A DNA stretch of 64,000 bases from Eledone cirrhosa (GCA_964016885.1 OZ024741.1:73594001-73658000); one strand, 5' to 3'; shown: positions 40,245-54,181, counted from the stretch's first letter. The notes: generated by a model from the sequence alone, not told the origin. Numbers and translations: made by a program.

Positions 40245-41695
40245 GCGACGAACGCTGGTTCACACACACAGACACACAAACACATATATATATATAAAGA
40301 GAGAGAGAATGAGGAGATCTGCGCGTTTTTTTATTTTTCTCCATTCTGTAGAGGAAGAGAGAGAGGGGGGTATGAGTGAGAGAGAAAGAGAAAGAGAGAG
40401 AGAGGGTATGAGAAAAAAGGGAGAGGGTTTGAGAAAGAAAGAAAGTTTCAGCAAAGAATCGCTGATCTCAACATTAACGGGATCTTCTTAAACTAAAAAA
40501 TTCAATCTGTGAACGCAGAATTAAATATTTCGAGAAACGTTGCAACCGAAGGAAAATAGGAAGACGATATTTTGGTTCGTGAAGACGTTCCGTGGTAATG
40601 AACGGAAAAAAAGCGAGGATAATACGTCGTTATGTGGACCGAGAAGAACAATTTCATGCAAAGACGAGACCAAGTTTATGGTACAAATGGAGTCGTTTGA
40701 CTAATATTCTATTTAAAATAACCGAATAATTTCCAGCCCCGGAGTTTTAGAATGATGTAAATAAAATTGTAAACGAAAATGACAGAGGTTATTAAAATAG
40801 TTGTTTCTACTTTTGGCACAAGGCCAGCAATTACCCATTACATGTGGGTGTGTGTGTGTGTGTAAACCTTATGCATTTCTACAGTATTTTCACCAAACTT
40901 AAGACATAGGTTACTTATGTACTCCGGATAATCATGGGCACTTTCATTTTTCCAGATATTGATTATAGGGCCTCTCGGTAGATAACCCCCTTTAACCACT
41001 TCCTTGGAGTCGACTGAAGCACTGCAGTGCAATGCAATAAAACGTCATAACTTCTGGAGTTCGCAACCGATTTTCCCAAAACTTGACACATGGGCTACGT
41101 TTGTGCTACAGGTGAATGTGAAAGGAACTTAACATTGTAATTTTAACACAGCTACTGAGCAGCCCCGAGCAACGCCGGGCTTTACTGCTATAGGCGATAA
41201 AGTTGTGCAGACAGACAGTCGTGCAGAGAGGCGATATAGGAGATAAAGTTGTGCAGACAGACAGTCGGGCTGATAGACGATGGAGGCATGCAGACAGACA
41301 GTCGTGCAGAGAGGTGATATAGGCGATAAAGTTGTGCAGACAGACAGTCGTGCAGAGAGGTGATAGGTGATAAAATTGCATTTTTTCTTTTGTTTTTCAT
41401 ATCCATCCAATTTTTTTGTTTCAAAATAACTGATAGTTTGGTTACGCTGATGTTTTTCTCGATTTTTGTTAATAGATTACCAGTGCAGTTTTTATCCCCA
41501 GCATTCTCTTTTATTTTAACACTCGAGTTATGGCTATGTTTTCTTAACTTCATAAGGCATACTGTTGGTTGAGGGAATATTAATCAAAAGTACCACATGA
41601 AAGTCTACACTGTAGACCCTGCAGAAAGGAACTTAACATTGTAACTTTAACACAGCTACTGAGCAGTCCCGAGCAACGCCTGGCTTTACTGCTAG
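39755..41695 (+). mobile_element. Compound non-autonomous Helitron(s) with a duplicated 3' terminus
   Basis: A|TCTCTATATATATAAA start. cccgagcaacgcc(g/t)gg hairpin at ~41165 (ends CTAT) and again at ~41668 (ends CTAG|T). Internal minisatellite at 41190-41375. Confidence 0.65.
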
Positions 41696-41776
<81 letters not shown>

Positions 41777-41777
<1 letters not shown>

Positions 41778-42093
41778 AGAGAAAACACAGGTAAGCATTA
41801 AGAGAAGGATTTTATCCAGGTATTTACGACCGTTTCATTGGTAAGTGAATATAGCAAATAGCAGCCACTCAATGATAATTGTTGTTCACGTCTAAATTTT
41901 CAAAATAGTGAGTAGATAAAATCCTTCTCTTAATGCTTACCTGTGTTTTCTCTTTTATACTTTATACTCCAAGATTGAACGGAATTCTTACAAACTTGTG
42001 GAGTTACCCCTAACCGTACGTTGAAACCGTCCATGAAACTGGCTTTCCTAACCACGAACTGGATCACAATAAGCAATTTTCTGCTTCCCTAAC
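41777..42093. repeat. Inverted-repeat element in (TA)n (40-bp arms 41777-41816 / 41915-41954; right copy extends)
   Basis: Perfect arms. Minus-strand GAAACggtcGTA half-hammerhead at ~41825-41836. Confidence 0.8.
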
Positions 42094-42102
42094 TATATAT
42101 AT

Positions 42103-42973
42103 ATATCTTTAAGTCGTTTGGAAGCCTCGACAATGCAAATGGGTAAATCTCCGGGTAACAAGATCCGGTGGTGGAGAAAGAGATGTAAGTGGGTGTACGT
42201 TGAGATGCGTGGCGTGTATAAGACGTGTAGAGGAATGAAGGAAAGAGTATAAAGGATAAATAAAAAATAACAACACGAGAGAGAGTTACCTTGGGAGAGA
42301 TTTAATTGTCCCTATATATTTCGGATTCACATCCATCAACTGGGGTTTTTTCCGGGGTGGGGGAAAGGTTGTCTGTCGGAAAGGTGCGAAACGCGTCCTC
42401 CGCTGTTTGTTGTTTTGAATATCTGAGGTATTCAGCAGAGCGCGCATGCGCGTGAAATGGGGTCGGTCGGGCAGAGGTCAGCGGCCGAAGTAGTTCTTTC
42501 AATTGTGGGAGTGGGGTGGCGCTAGCTGTCAGTCCATTCTCTGCCTGTTTGTTAAATTTTACTGTGTGCGTGTGTTGTTGTCTCGCTTGAGTGTGTGTGT
42601 GTGCGCGTGTGTTGTTGTCTTGTTCCTCTGTATTGGCAGTGTAGTATGTTCGTATGGTGGAATGCTACTGTGTGTGTGTGTGTGCGTGTGCGTGTGTAGT
42701 TGTCTCGCTTGTGTGTGTGTGTGCGTGTGTTGCTGCATCGTTTGTTAACTTAAACCAGCCACCTCATTTCGCTTCTCTCGGATCGATTGTTTATTTGCGG
42801 TACACGTCTTATACACGCCACGCATCTCAACGTACACCCACTTACATCTCTCTCTCCACCACCGGATCTTGTTACCCGGAGATTTACCCATTTGCATTGT
42901 CGAGGCTTCCAAACGACTTAAAGATATTTACCTATTATTCCACAATGCTTCAAGCAAACTTCAATACTTTCTT
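42103..42973. repeat. Inverted-repeat element in (TA)n (127-bp arms 42103-42229 / 42801-42927)
   Basis: Near-perfect arms. The right copy extends ~45 bp further to (TA)n. Confidence 0.88.
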
Positions 42974-43074
42974 ATATATATATATATATATAAAGTCTAT
43001 TTACAATTTTAAAAAATTATTACAAAAGCAAATAAACAAATATATAGAAATTGTGACACAATGAAGAATAGATA

Positions 43075-43813
43075 TTGAAGTTTTTTATAATTAATTTAGT
43101 TGCACGAAGCACATCAAGACGGTACTCTATTTCTTACCATGTTTGCTGTGGCATAGCCTCATCAATGGTGGCAATGGCATCAGTGATCTTTTGCTTTAGA
43201 TCAGTGATGTCCCGTATCTTTGTTCGATACACGATATCTTTAACATAAAGAAGTCCAAGGGAGTAATATCTGGTGAACTAGGTGGTCAGAGAATTGGGCC
43301 ATCTCTTCCAATCCACCAGTCTGGAAATGTTTGATTTAGGAACCCACGAACATGCAGTCCCCAATGTGGTGGTGCAGCATCTTGCTGGAAAATGATTGTT
43401 GGTTGAAGGTCATCTGGTTATGGTGCCACATATTCAGTCAAAAGGTCAAAGTAAATATTTGTAGTAATTGATGTCTCGTTGAAGAAAAATAGAACAATGA
43501 TTCGATTGCACATAATCCCACAGTACACGGTGGATCCCTTCCATACGTAGTTCCGTAGTTTCACTGCGTCTGCGTATCTGATTTTGTTTCAATAAACCAT
43601 GACACGTTGTGCCTTTTCTTGAGGAGTAGCCATTTTTTAGGGGTTCATTTAACAGTACCTCGTTCATCAACAGAATACCAGAAATGCACAAATCTAGTTT
43701 GATTAAAAACTTTGTTCACTACTGAGATCATAGAACAAATCTGATTAAGATATCTCATCAATTGCCTTTGTTATATATTTTTCAAATTGAAAAGAGACTT
43801 TAGGGGCACCCTG
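43075..43813 (-). mobile_element. Tc1/mariner transposase remnant with one TIR
   Basis: FQQDAAPPHW...FPDWWIGRDGPI..PPSSPDITPLDFF..VKDIVY. End cagggtgccccta at 43801-43813. Confidence 0.85.
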
Positions 43814-43814
43814 C

Positions 43815-43855
<41 letters not shown>

Positions 43856-43892
43856 ATTAAATAAATGGAAACTATATTTATAAAACCATATT

Positions 43893-43958
43893 TATTTCAT
43901 TATATATATTTCAGGGATATCATATTAACAATATGTTATGCCTTCATCAGACAAAATA
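43893..43958 (-). ncRNA. Type I hammerhead (inverted-arm copy)
   Basis: Reverse complement of 48141-48206. Confidence 0.72.
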
Positions 43959-44464
43959 CAATATAAACAGTCTTATAAATAAATAGATATGACATACCTT
44001 TCAATCGACTTGCATTTGGGAAGTTGATTTGGCAGTAAAAAATATTGTGGACAGTTGTAAAAAGAGAGAAAGAAAGAAAGAAAGAAAGAAAAACGAAGAA
44101 AAAGAAGAAATGCATGTGACTAAATATAGAGATATATAAAGATAAATAAAGAGAAGAACTTCATGTAAAGGAACAGAGAGAGATATATAGAGAGAGGAAA
44201 AAAAGAAAGAGATAGATAGAGATAGATAGAGAAACTAGGTAGTTGAGTATCAGTTGATACATTTATTTATTTATTTATTTATTTATTTAGCTCTAGTATT
44301 AATGTAAAGAGAGATGTATGTAGTTAAGAGAGAAAATAGCCGTTATATAGAGAGAAAAAAGAGAAAATGAAAAAGAGAAGAACACGATAACCCAACAATT
44401 TAAATATAACTTTCCATGTATCTTGCTCCAATACTGTTGAGCGCTTTATATTATAACTGAAAAA

Positions 44465-46679
44465 ATGGAATTCTTTAAGATTACTTCCTCTTTAAAAGAC
44501 ATACCTCTACCTAGAAACAAAGACTTTATAAAACAATTAATAGATAAATCTGACTCTTTTATAAGGAGAATCAGGTGGCGAGCATTCCACTTTGATAAAT
44601 CTAATATAAATGAAAATGTCTCGGACTTAAACAAAGTTTTCAAATCCAAGAGAAATCCACCCCCCAACAAACTTTTATCTGACTTTGAAAACGATATAAT
44701 TTCTATCATACAAGGAGTCAAATTCAAGAGAAACTTCAAAGGCCAGGAATATCTGAAAGTCATTAGGGATAATATTGAGAGCTTAGAGAAAACTGAGAAG
44801 ATCTTGGTAAAATCTGACAAGACCAACAACCTCTATGGAGTGCAGAAAGACATGTATAATGGCCTCATACTAAAAGAACTGAGGAAAAAGTACAAGGTAG
44901 CAGATAAGGCCGAGCTAGAGAAAATGAATGTTGAGGCATCTTGTATAATGCACGAGTTGGAAATTGAGAACAGAACACAACCTTTCGTGCCCAGGAAACC
45001 GAAGATCAATATGAAAGATCACAAGAGAAATTTTGAGAATGACTTGCCAGTCAGATTGATTGCACCATCAAAATCGGACCTGGGTAAACTAAGCAAAAAC
45101 ATTCTTGACAGGGTGATACAGCAAATTAAAAACTTGAGTTGTTTACCTAACCTGAGCTTGTGGAAGGGAACTGGTGAGGTTGTTGAGTGGTTTAAGCAAA
45201 TTAAATAAAACAATAATAATAAGTTTATTCAACTTGATATTGCTAACTATTATTCTTCTATTACCCCTAATCTACTAAATAAGGCACTAAATTACGCATT
45301 CAACCATACAGACCTAACTAGCAATGAAATGCACATTATATTATCGGCTAGGAAAACATTGATAGAATTTAATGACCAACTATGGACCCGAGCAGATAGA
45401 GATAACAATTTTGACATTACTATAGGATCATCCGACTCGGCTCAGGTAACTGACCTTGTGAGCTTATTTTTAATCAATTCGCTGCATAGGAAAATACCTG
45501 GTACTACCGGAGGTTTATATAGAGATGACATGCTTTTACTTATTGATAATAATAACTCTGAACTAAATAGGAAAAGAAAACAAATTACACAATTTTTTAA
45601 TCACTTTAATCTAAAAATAGAAATTGAGAATAACCATAGAATAGTCAACTTCCTAGATATAACATTAAATCTCAACACATGTCTTCACTATCCATTTCAC
45701 AAGTTGAATGAAAACTTAAACTATGTCAGCTTTAACTCTAACCACCCCAGATCTGTTAAAAATACTATAGTAAACTCTGTTCAAAAACGTATCTCTAGAA
45801 TCTCATCTAATAAAAAGATTTTCGACGAAAAAGCCCATTATTACAATGAAGCGTTAGCTAGAGCAGGATATAGTGATAAAATCATGTACATAGATAATGA
45901 TAAACAAATTAAACAAAATAACAACTATTTTAATTACGGCCACAACCTTAACAACTATAATAGAAAGCATTACAATAATTCCAAAAGCCATAAAAGAAAT
46001 AGAACTAGGAATATAATATGGTTCCCCCCCCCCTTTCTCACTAAACATTAAAACCCACATCGCTAAACTATTTTTTAAAGCTCTTGATAATCGCTTCCCT
46101 AGAACACATAGGTATCACTCAATTTTCAATAGACATACTATAAAATTAACCTACTCATCCACCAAAAATTTAGCACAAAATATTAATAGAATAAATAATA
46201 GGAACTTAAAACCTAGCGATAATAGCATAAATAATATCCAAGTTAACAAATGTAACTGTAGAGATAGATCTAAATGTCCGTTAAATAACAACTGCTTAGT
46301 TAAAAATATAATATACAACTGTAATGTTAAAACGGACGTTAATTCTTTTAACTACGTTGGTTCCACATCGACGGAATTTAAACTTCGCTATAACAACCAC
46401 AAGAATTCTTTCACAGATCCATCCAAAAAATCTTCAACAGCACTATCAGGCGTACTCTGGCAACTTAGGCATGATAACGTTAGATATTCGACGACTTGGA
46501 ATATAGTTTCAAGAGGGATTCCTTTTAATTCATCCTCTGAGACATGTGACCTCTGTGCGGAGGAGATATTCTTTATACTAAAATCTAAAAATTCCCTTAA
46601 TCTACGGACAAATTTATTCAGTTGCTGCAGACATAGATTAAACTCAACGTTTAAATATAAATTTAAATTTAAAATGTAG
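44465..46679 (+). pseudogene. PLE RT + GIY-YIG polyprotein with one in-frame TAA (45206-45208) and one frameshift in a C-run (~46024-46033)
   Basis: SLKDIPLP..FIRRIRWRAF, DK, LDIANYYSSI, GSSDSA, YRDD, FLD, SNHP, IIWF.PPF, CNCRDRSKCPLNNNC, IIY..YVG..FKLRYNNH, CDLC..E..LN.R..CRH. Confidence 0.92.
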
Positions 46680-48140
46680 TTATGTTTGATTTGATTTGTA
46701 ATTATTTATGAAACTAGCCGATAAATCTTTCGATTTCTTCTTTTTATTAAAACCTTCTTTTTATTAAAACATTCTTTTTATTAAAACATTCTTCATGAAT
46801 AATTAAACTACCCTAAAAGCTGATGCTCCAAATATATCGAATTAAATTTTACACTAGATATACTTCTATATTAAATATAAGAACATATGTAGACCAAAAG
46901 GGTATCCTAAACTTTTGGAATGATTTCTGCTAGACAGGATTTGGTAAATAATTTTTGTTTTATCTGTTTCGACTCTGATGCTTATGATGAACTTGGCAAT
47001 ATATTGTCAATTAACTTTGAAAGGCTGATCTTTTGTGGCCGATTTGCGTGGCATACTATGTTTTATTTTTATTTTTTAGTATTTTGTAATATTTTTATTT
47101 TTAATATTAAATGTTTTAGTTTTCTGTTTATTTATTTATTTTCTTGTCTCTGATATTTTTATTTTTATTTTTTTTTTTTTATTTTTTTTTTTATTTATTT
47201 TTTTTTTATTTTTTTTTTTTTTATTTTTTTTTTATTTTTATTTATTTATTTTTTTTTTTTTATTTTTTTTTTTTATTTTTTTTTTTATTTTTTTTTTTAT
47301 TTTTTTTTTTATTTTTATTTTTTTTTTTATTTTTATTTTTATTTTTATTTTTATTAATATATTGAAATCTGTTCTCTATTTCTGCTTGATCGACAATCAT
47401 GTAGAGTAAAGACAAGAATAGTATTGTTAAAATTAATATAGACTCTATATATATGTGTATATATACACACATATATGTATACTTGAATTTTTATAGCACA
47501 ATGAGAATGTTTTCGTGTGAATTGGGAGTTTGTTTATAATTATGATATAAACATATGAATTTTTAAAAACTAGACATAAGATCATTACTTTTCACACATT
47601 ATAGATACATGTCTCATTCATGAATACTGATATTTACATTATAATGCCTGTTTTATACGAACTAATATTTTCTACATGATGAAACATAGCGTTTTTTGAA
47701 TTCTGCCTCGTTTATGTCTGGTTATTTTTCATTTTCTCTTTTTCATTTTCTCTTTTTTCTCTATATATAACGGCTATTTTCTCTCTTAACTACATACATT
47801 TCTCTTTACATTAATACTAGAGCTAAATAAATAAATAAATAAATAAATAAATGTATCAACTGATACTCAACTACCTAGTTTCTCTATCTATCTCTTTCTT
47901 TTTTTCCTCTCTCTATATATCTCTCTCTGTTCCATTACATGAAGTTCTTCTCTTTATCTATCTTTATATATCTCTCTATTTAGTCACATGCATTTCTTCT
48001 TTTTCTTCGTTTTTCTTTCTTTCTTTCTTTCTCTCTTTTTACAACTGTCCACAATATTTTTTACTGCCAAATCAACTTCCCAAATGCAAGTCGATTGAAA
48101 GGTATGTCATATCTATTTATTTATAAGACTGTTTATATTG

Positions 48141-48206
48141 TATTTTGTCTGATGAAGGCATAACATATTGTTAATATGATATCCCTGAAATATATATAAT
48201 GAAATA
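48141..48206 (+). ncRNA. Type I hammerhead in the PLE 3' UTR
   Basis: tattttgt-CTGATGA-agg...catatt/aatatg...cct-GAAA-tatatata-atgaaata, overlapping AATAAA. Confidence 0.72.
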
Positions 48207-48336
48207 AATATGGTTTTATAAATATAGTTTCCATTTATTTAATATCATAAATATACTCCAAATACTTGTTGAGTGCTTTTATATCAGTTATAAATATTTA
48301 CTCGTTGTTAACCCAACAATTTAAATATAACTTTCC

Positions 48337-48383
<47 letters not shown>

Positions 48384-48416
48384 CACACACACATTTGTGT
48401 ATATATATATATATAT

Positions 48417-49535
48417 AAACGGAAAAAATGAAACGAAATTTCATTTCTCACTCTTAGTACGGCTGTTACTTAAATATAAGTATGTATACGTACATACATA
48501 TATGTATACAGACGTACAGTAGTATGTATGTATATATACATACATACACACATATATATGTGTACGTATGGATTCACCGAACATTTATTATAATGCTCGG
48601 TGTGTTTGCAAACAAACATCCCGAATTAAGCCGTACAGTGTCTAGCAACCATCGTTGCTCATTTGTTCAACACTGACAAAGTAGCGCTGTATTCGTTTTA
48701 AGCTTATTAGATATCGTCAGCAACGTATACCTTCCTGCCAGATGATTGAACGTCTGAAAGTATATACTTTCCTTATGCATATTAACGGCTGGCAGCCTAG
48801 TTTGCATATCGAGTGAGTTAATCGGCCGGGCACACCGAAAACGATAAACGGAAAAAATGAAACGAAATTTCGTTTCTCACTCTTTTGAAACTAGTACAGC
48901 GTTCCTTTGTTAGTGTTGAACAAATGAGCAACGATGGTTGCTAGTCACTGTACGGCTTAATTCGGGATGTTTGTTTACAAACACACCGAGCATTATAATA
49001 AATGTTCGGTGAATCCATACGTACACATATATATGTGTGCATGTATGTATATATATATACATACTACTGTACGTCTGTATACATATATGTATGTACGTAT
49101 ACATACTCATATTTAAGTAACAGCCGTACTAAGAGTGAGAAATGAAATTTCGTTTCATTTTTTCCGTTTATCGTTTTCGGTGTGCCCGGCCGATTAACTC
49201 ACTTGATATGCAAATTAGGCTGCTCACCCGTTAATATGCACAAGGAAAGTATATACTTTCAGACGTTCAATCATCTGGCAGGAAGGTATACGTTGCTGAG
49301 GATAGCTAATAAGCTTGAAACTAGTACAGCATTCCTTTGTCAGTGTTGAACAAATGAGCAACGATGGTTGCTAGACTCTGTACGGCTTAATTCGAGATGT
49401 TTGTTTACAAACACACCGAGCATTATAATAAATGTTCGGTGAATCCATACGTACACATATATATGTGTGCATGTATGTATATATATATACATACTACTGT
49501 ACGTCTGTATACATATATGTATGTACGTATACATA

Positions 49536-49540
<5 letters not shown>
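48417..49540. mobile_element. Divergent tandem arrays of a ~430-bp retrozyme-like repeat
   Basis: Minus array 48417-48883 (period 429) and plus array 48884-49540 (period 430). Both 3' ends abut (TA)n. Confidence 0.85.
49290..49332 (+). ncRNA. Minimal type I hammerhead ribozyme
   Basis: acgttg-CTGAGGA-tagctaataagctt-GAAAC-ta-GTA-cagcat. The copy at ~48685-48727 has a mutated core (GAAA to AAAA). Confidence 0.82.
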
Positions 49541-49613
<73 letters not shown>

Positions 49614-50415
49614 CACATGTATATATACTCATATACATACACACATATATATATACATATACATACATACACATATACATACATATACATACATATATGC
49701 ATGTATGTATGTGTGCATGTATATATGTATATATGTATGTGTGTAAGTATGTATGTATGTATGCATGTATATGTACATATGTATATGTAGTTGGGGAGAA
49801 GGAGTTGTTAACAATAGAAACACGACTTGATGTTGTGCAAGGAAATGATTGATGTTTTGAAAGAACGGACTTTCCTTTAGCATGCAACTGGCAGGTATGG
49901 CAGGCATTATGGCAAAATTAAGGCAAGGATCTACACCTCGTTCACCCTGTCACTCAAACACTTTATTTACTTATATAGTATGAGAGTATCACAGCAACAG
50001 AATGATTCTATGTGTGTGTGTGTATGTGTGTGTGTGTGGGGGGGGGGGGCGTATGTCTGCATCTTCGTTTGTGTGTGTGTAACTATATGTGCGCGTGTGT
50101 GAAGAATGGTGCAGCGGTTGGTTAATGAAAGTATTGGTTGTATATGTATATAATCCTACAATATCACAATCCAATCTTACTGCAATCCCACAATCCCAAA
50201 GTCCCACAGTCCTACTATCCTGCATAGCCAAATTCAGTCATCGGTCGAGATCCATTCCATTACTTTGTTATATTTCTCATGTACTGCACATAACACATAC
50301 ACACATACGCACGCGTATACACATACGCACGCGTGTACACATACGCATGCACAAACATATTTATACGTGTGAGTGTTTATGTTTGTAAACAAAGATACAT
50401 AGTTGTCTGTCTGTT

Positions 50416-50493
<78 letters not shown>

Positions 50494-51250
50494 TATATAA
50501 AGAGCGGCGTGCTCGTACACGGAGATGGTATAATATATATATATACAAAGAGCGGTGTGCCCATGCACGGATATGCATAGAATAGCTTATAATATGTATA
50601 TATATATATACTAGTTATTATTCGTAAATATTAACATGTCAGATATGGTGTCGGTGTGTCACTCTATGTTAATTCATAAGTTAGTATTGCATATACGAGT
50701 CTGTGATTTTATAACAAACTCCAAAATTACCACCAGACGCCCTCTGCCAACACCACCACCACAACTATACCTACTTGAATACCTAGCCCTCCTCAAAATC
50801 ACCATAAACACAAGCAATAATAGTAACAACAACAACAGTACCACCACAGCCATCATCACTATCACCACCAACACTCCAACCACCACCACTATCACCACCA
50901 CCACCACTGAAACGACGACCACCACCAACAACAACAACGAAGCAATGTTCCAATGAAAGATTTCTCGTAACGAAATTTTAGTGAAAACGAGGAATGATAC
51001 ATCAGTCTATCACAGAGGTAATTAGTAAACTAATTAATTACCACATTTTATGTTAATGTACAGTATTCAATTTGTATATTATAACTGGCTACGTCTGTTG
51101 CTCTCAGCTAACCTCGAGACCAATTAACCATTAACTTTCATGTTACTGCCTAAGAATTCATGTACACACATACACACACACACATTTGCTCAATTCATGG
51201 AAAGCAAGCAAGAGAGATGAAGTTTGGATCACCCCTCACCCCCACAGACA

Positions 51251-51321
<71 letters not shown>

Positions 51322-52079
51322 TATAAAGTATGTCCATAGAATCATTTGATAAGATATATACACCATTTCCTCTCCCAATCAGCATAATCAACCACACAAA
51401 AAAACAATTAAACCAGGCTATAAGATTAAAAGGCACCTATGAAGAAATAATAGATAAATAAACGACAGCCATCTATTCGCGATCAACAGCTATAGAATAT
51501 TTACCCACCATTTCAATAGCACGTGGAAATCGATTAAATATATCGTCAACTATACACAATTAGGTATAAAATCAAAGTTAGAAGAAAAAATGTATATAAA
51601 CATACCAGGATTACTTTCCTACACCTTGGGGTTTCATTCGCTTTTAAAAATATCCGATCAAGGATAAATTCTCGAGCTTCGAAATCATCAGGAAACAAAC
51701 TCACTTGGACGAAGATTTTTCTTAAATGATCCCCGCCAGAAACGAATTCAAAATGGCTAAGAACTGTGACGTGGCAGTGGTCAAGTCAGAAAGAATGTGA
51801 TTGGTGCCTTACGGCGAGTGGGCTGGTTGCTAGAAAGCGCAGCCTAATATTGCCTAAATTGCATCTCAACCTTATGGGAGATTATCAAATATAAAGATTT
51901 ACATATACACAAAATAGATATATATTTATATGTTTTTGGCAACCATTCACGATGTGGCTCAATGATGAATTAATTAATTAAATAATCATAGCAATATACT
52001 ATAAAGTATGTCCATAGAATCATTTGATAAGATATATACACCATTTCCTCTCCCTCTCTCCCTCTCTCTCTCTCTCTTC

Positions 52080-52150
<71 letters not shown>

Positions 52151-52179
52151 AAATGTAAATCTGAGCTTTTCGAATATTA

Positions 52180-52500
52180 ATAATTGTTTCTACTTTTGGC
52201 ACAAGGCCAACAATTACCCAGTACATTACTGGTACTTTATTTCATCGATCCCGTAAGGATGAGAGGCAAAGTTAACCTCGGTGGGATTTGAACTCAGACT
52301 GGCAAGGGCCGTAACTCTATGCATCAAAACATGGCGTCCGACCCTCTACCGATACTGTTGTTAATAATTGTTTCTACTTTTGACACAAGGCCAGCAATTA
52401 TCCCAGTGTATTACTGGTACTTTATTTTATCGACCCCGTAAGGATGAAAGGCAAAGTTAACCTCGGCGGGATTTGAACTCAGAGCATAAAGGGCCGTAAT
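52180..52500 (-). mobile_element. Two tandem SINE copies (Meta/MESC-like family)
   Basis: aataattgtttctacttttg(g/a)cacaaggcc... starts at ~52180 and again at ~52363. Confidence 0.85.
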
Positions 52501-53018
52501 TAATGATATTCGATTCGTTTGCAAACACCCTCTTTAAGCCATGTGAGTAGAATGACTCCGTCATTCTTGCTCTTTTGTTGGCATATATATACCCACATAT
52601 ATGTATGTATATAATTTGTAAGGTTTAGTAAAAATTAGGCTTTAATTGACTGCTTGTTCTAGCAACGCTATTACTCACCATTAGTCTACCCTTCACTACC
52701 TATCTTTTTTACTATTAAACCGCGTGATGTTTTCCTCTTTTAAAATAATTACTGATAGCGGTCACTTCAGACAAAGCTAGTCCTATTGAGGGAGTCTCTT
52801 GACAAGCCTGTAACCTCACAGCTAAAGTGCAATTGGAATGCACTTGTTGCACAAGCGAAACTGCAGTCGGGACTAAAAGGAGTACTTGGGTAAATATTTA
52901 TCTATTCTTTCTTCACACAATGGTATTTAGTTCGGATTAATTGATTATTTATTCATTTAATACCTCCGGGCTACAAGGAAAAATTAGGTAAATCTTGTCT
53001 GTTTGTTCTTCACACTTA

Positions 53019-53072
<54 letters not shown>

Positions 53073-53079
<7 letters not shown>

Positions 53080-53710
53080 AAGGTATATGTTGAGTTAGAA
53101 ATAGTCTCTTACAATAAAATAGCTCTAGGAAAGAGATTTTTCCGAGCCGTATATTATAACTGAATATAAAAGAAAAACGAACACAGACATATACATATGT
53201 GTTCAAATCGTAAGGGACCAGATTCGCTAAGGTGAAAAGAATACTAACTATAGACAATAGGGTTTGCCAGACTCAATTTAAGAATAAATCAAGAAAGTAA
53301 ATACAAACCGGAATTGTGGTAGCTACCAATCACCCGGACAGCTTTGATAAAATCCGGTTTGTATTTACTTTCTTGGTTTATTCTTAAATTGAGTCTGGCA
53401 AACCCTATTGTCTATAGTTAGTATTCTTTTCACCTTAGCGAATCTGGTCCCTTACGATTTGAACGCATATATGTATATGTCTGTGTTCGTTTTTCTTTTA
53501 TATTCAGTTATAATATACGGCTCGGAAAAATCTCTTTCCTAGAGCTATTTTATTGTAAGAGACTATTTAGAGTTTCTAACTCAATATATACCTTTGATAT
53601 ATTCGGCTCCGTTAATTTGTTGAGCTAATTCAAATATCGAGTAAACCTGGCTGCTATTTATCAGTGGTGTGAGTTTGAGACACGCTAAGTTCAGATACCA
53701 TGTGCGTTAA
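53073..53710. repeat. Inverted-repeat element in (TA)n (~240-bp arms 53073-53312 / 53353-53601)
   Basis: Near-perfect arms with a 40-bp spacer. The right copy extends ~110 bp. Confidence 0.9.
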
Positions 53711-53791
53711 TATATATATACGCACACTATTCAGTTTTTTAATATACTTAGAAGTGACCAGGATACTAATAATTTATATATATATATATAT

Positions 53792-54181
53792 AATGGAAAA
53801 CGAAAAATCAGTGATGCATCGGATCTCAATTTATTGTGTTACAATTGTTTCCCTGGCGAACAGCGCGAAGTGCGATCTGTGTGTGGATCGACCTGACTCT
53901 AGACTCGCAGGTTCCTCGGACACGTCTATTGATTTCGGAGCATATCCTGTTGAAAGAGGAAATCAATAGACGTGTCCAAGGAACCTGCGAGTCTAGAGTC
54001 AGGTCGATCCACACACAGATCGCACCTCGAGCTGTTCGCCGGAAAAAGAATAGAAACACACGATAAATTGAGTTCCGATGCATCACTGATTTTTCGTTTT
54101 CCATTCTATCATACTCTGCTCCGTAGGGACATAGAGTGCTTAAACGGCATACCGCCTATGGAAGCATCTTAGCTATCATTA

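Larger units (their letters stand above)
43850..48341 (+). mobile_element. Near full-length Naiad-type Penelope-like element in (TA)n with an inverted terminal arm
   Basis: Arm 43850-44379 is the reverse complement of 47734-48249. 33-bp direct repeat at 44388-44420 / 48309-48341. RT-GIY-YIG ORF, hammerhead and AATAAA. Confidence 0.92.

Noticed and set aside
41190-41375. CRISPR-like repeat array
   Set aside because: It is a tandem minisatellite without unique spacers, in a eukaryotic context with no cas genes.
42370-42400. Hammerhead at gaaacgcgtc
   Set aside because: The 3' half fits, but I found no CUGANGA or UUGANAA core with a closing stem I upstream.
44465-46679. Selenoprotein recoding, which is described for some Naiads
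   Set aside because: The conserved Cys codons are TGT/TGC and the internal stop is TAA at a non-Cys position, so no SECIS is required.
51318-52052. 55-bp direct repeat flanking a possibly PLE-RT-like stretch, as an LTR element
   Set aside because: The repeat is too short, has no TG...CA ends or PBS, and the protein similarity is too weak to call.
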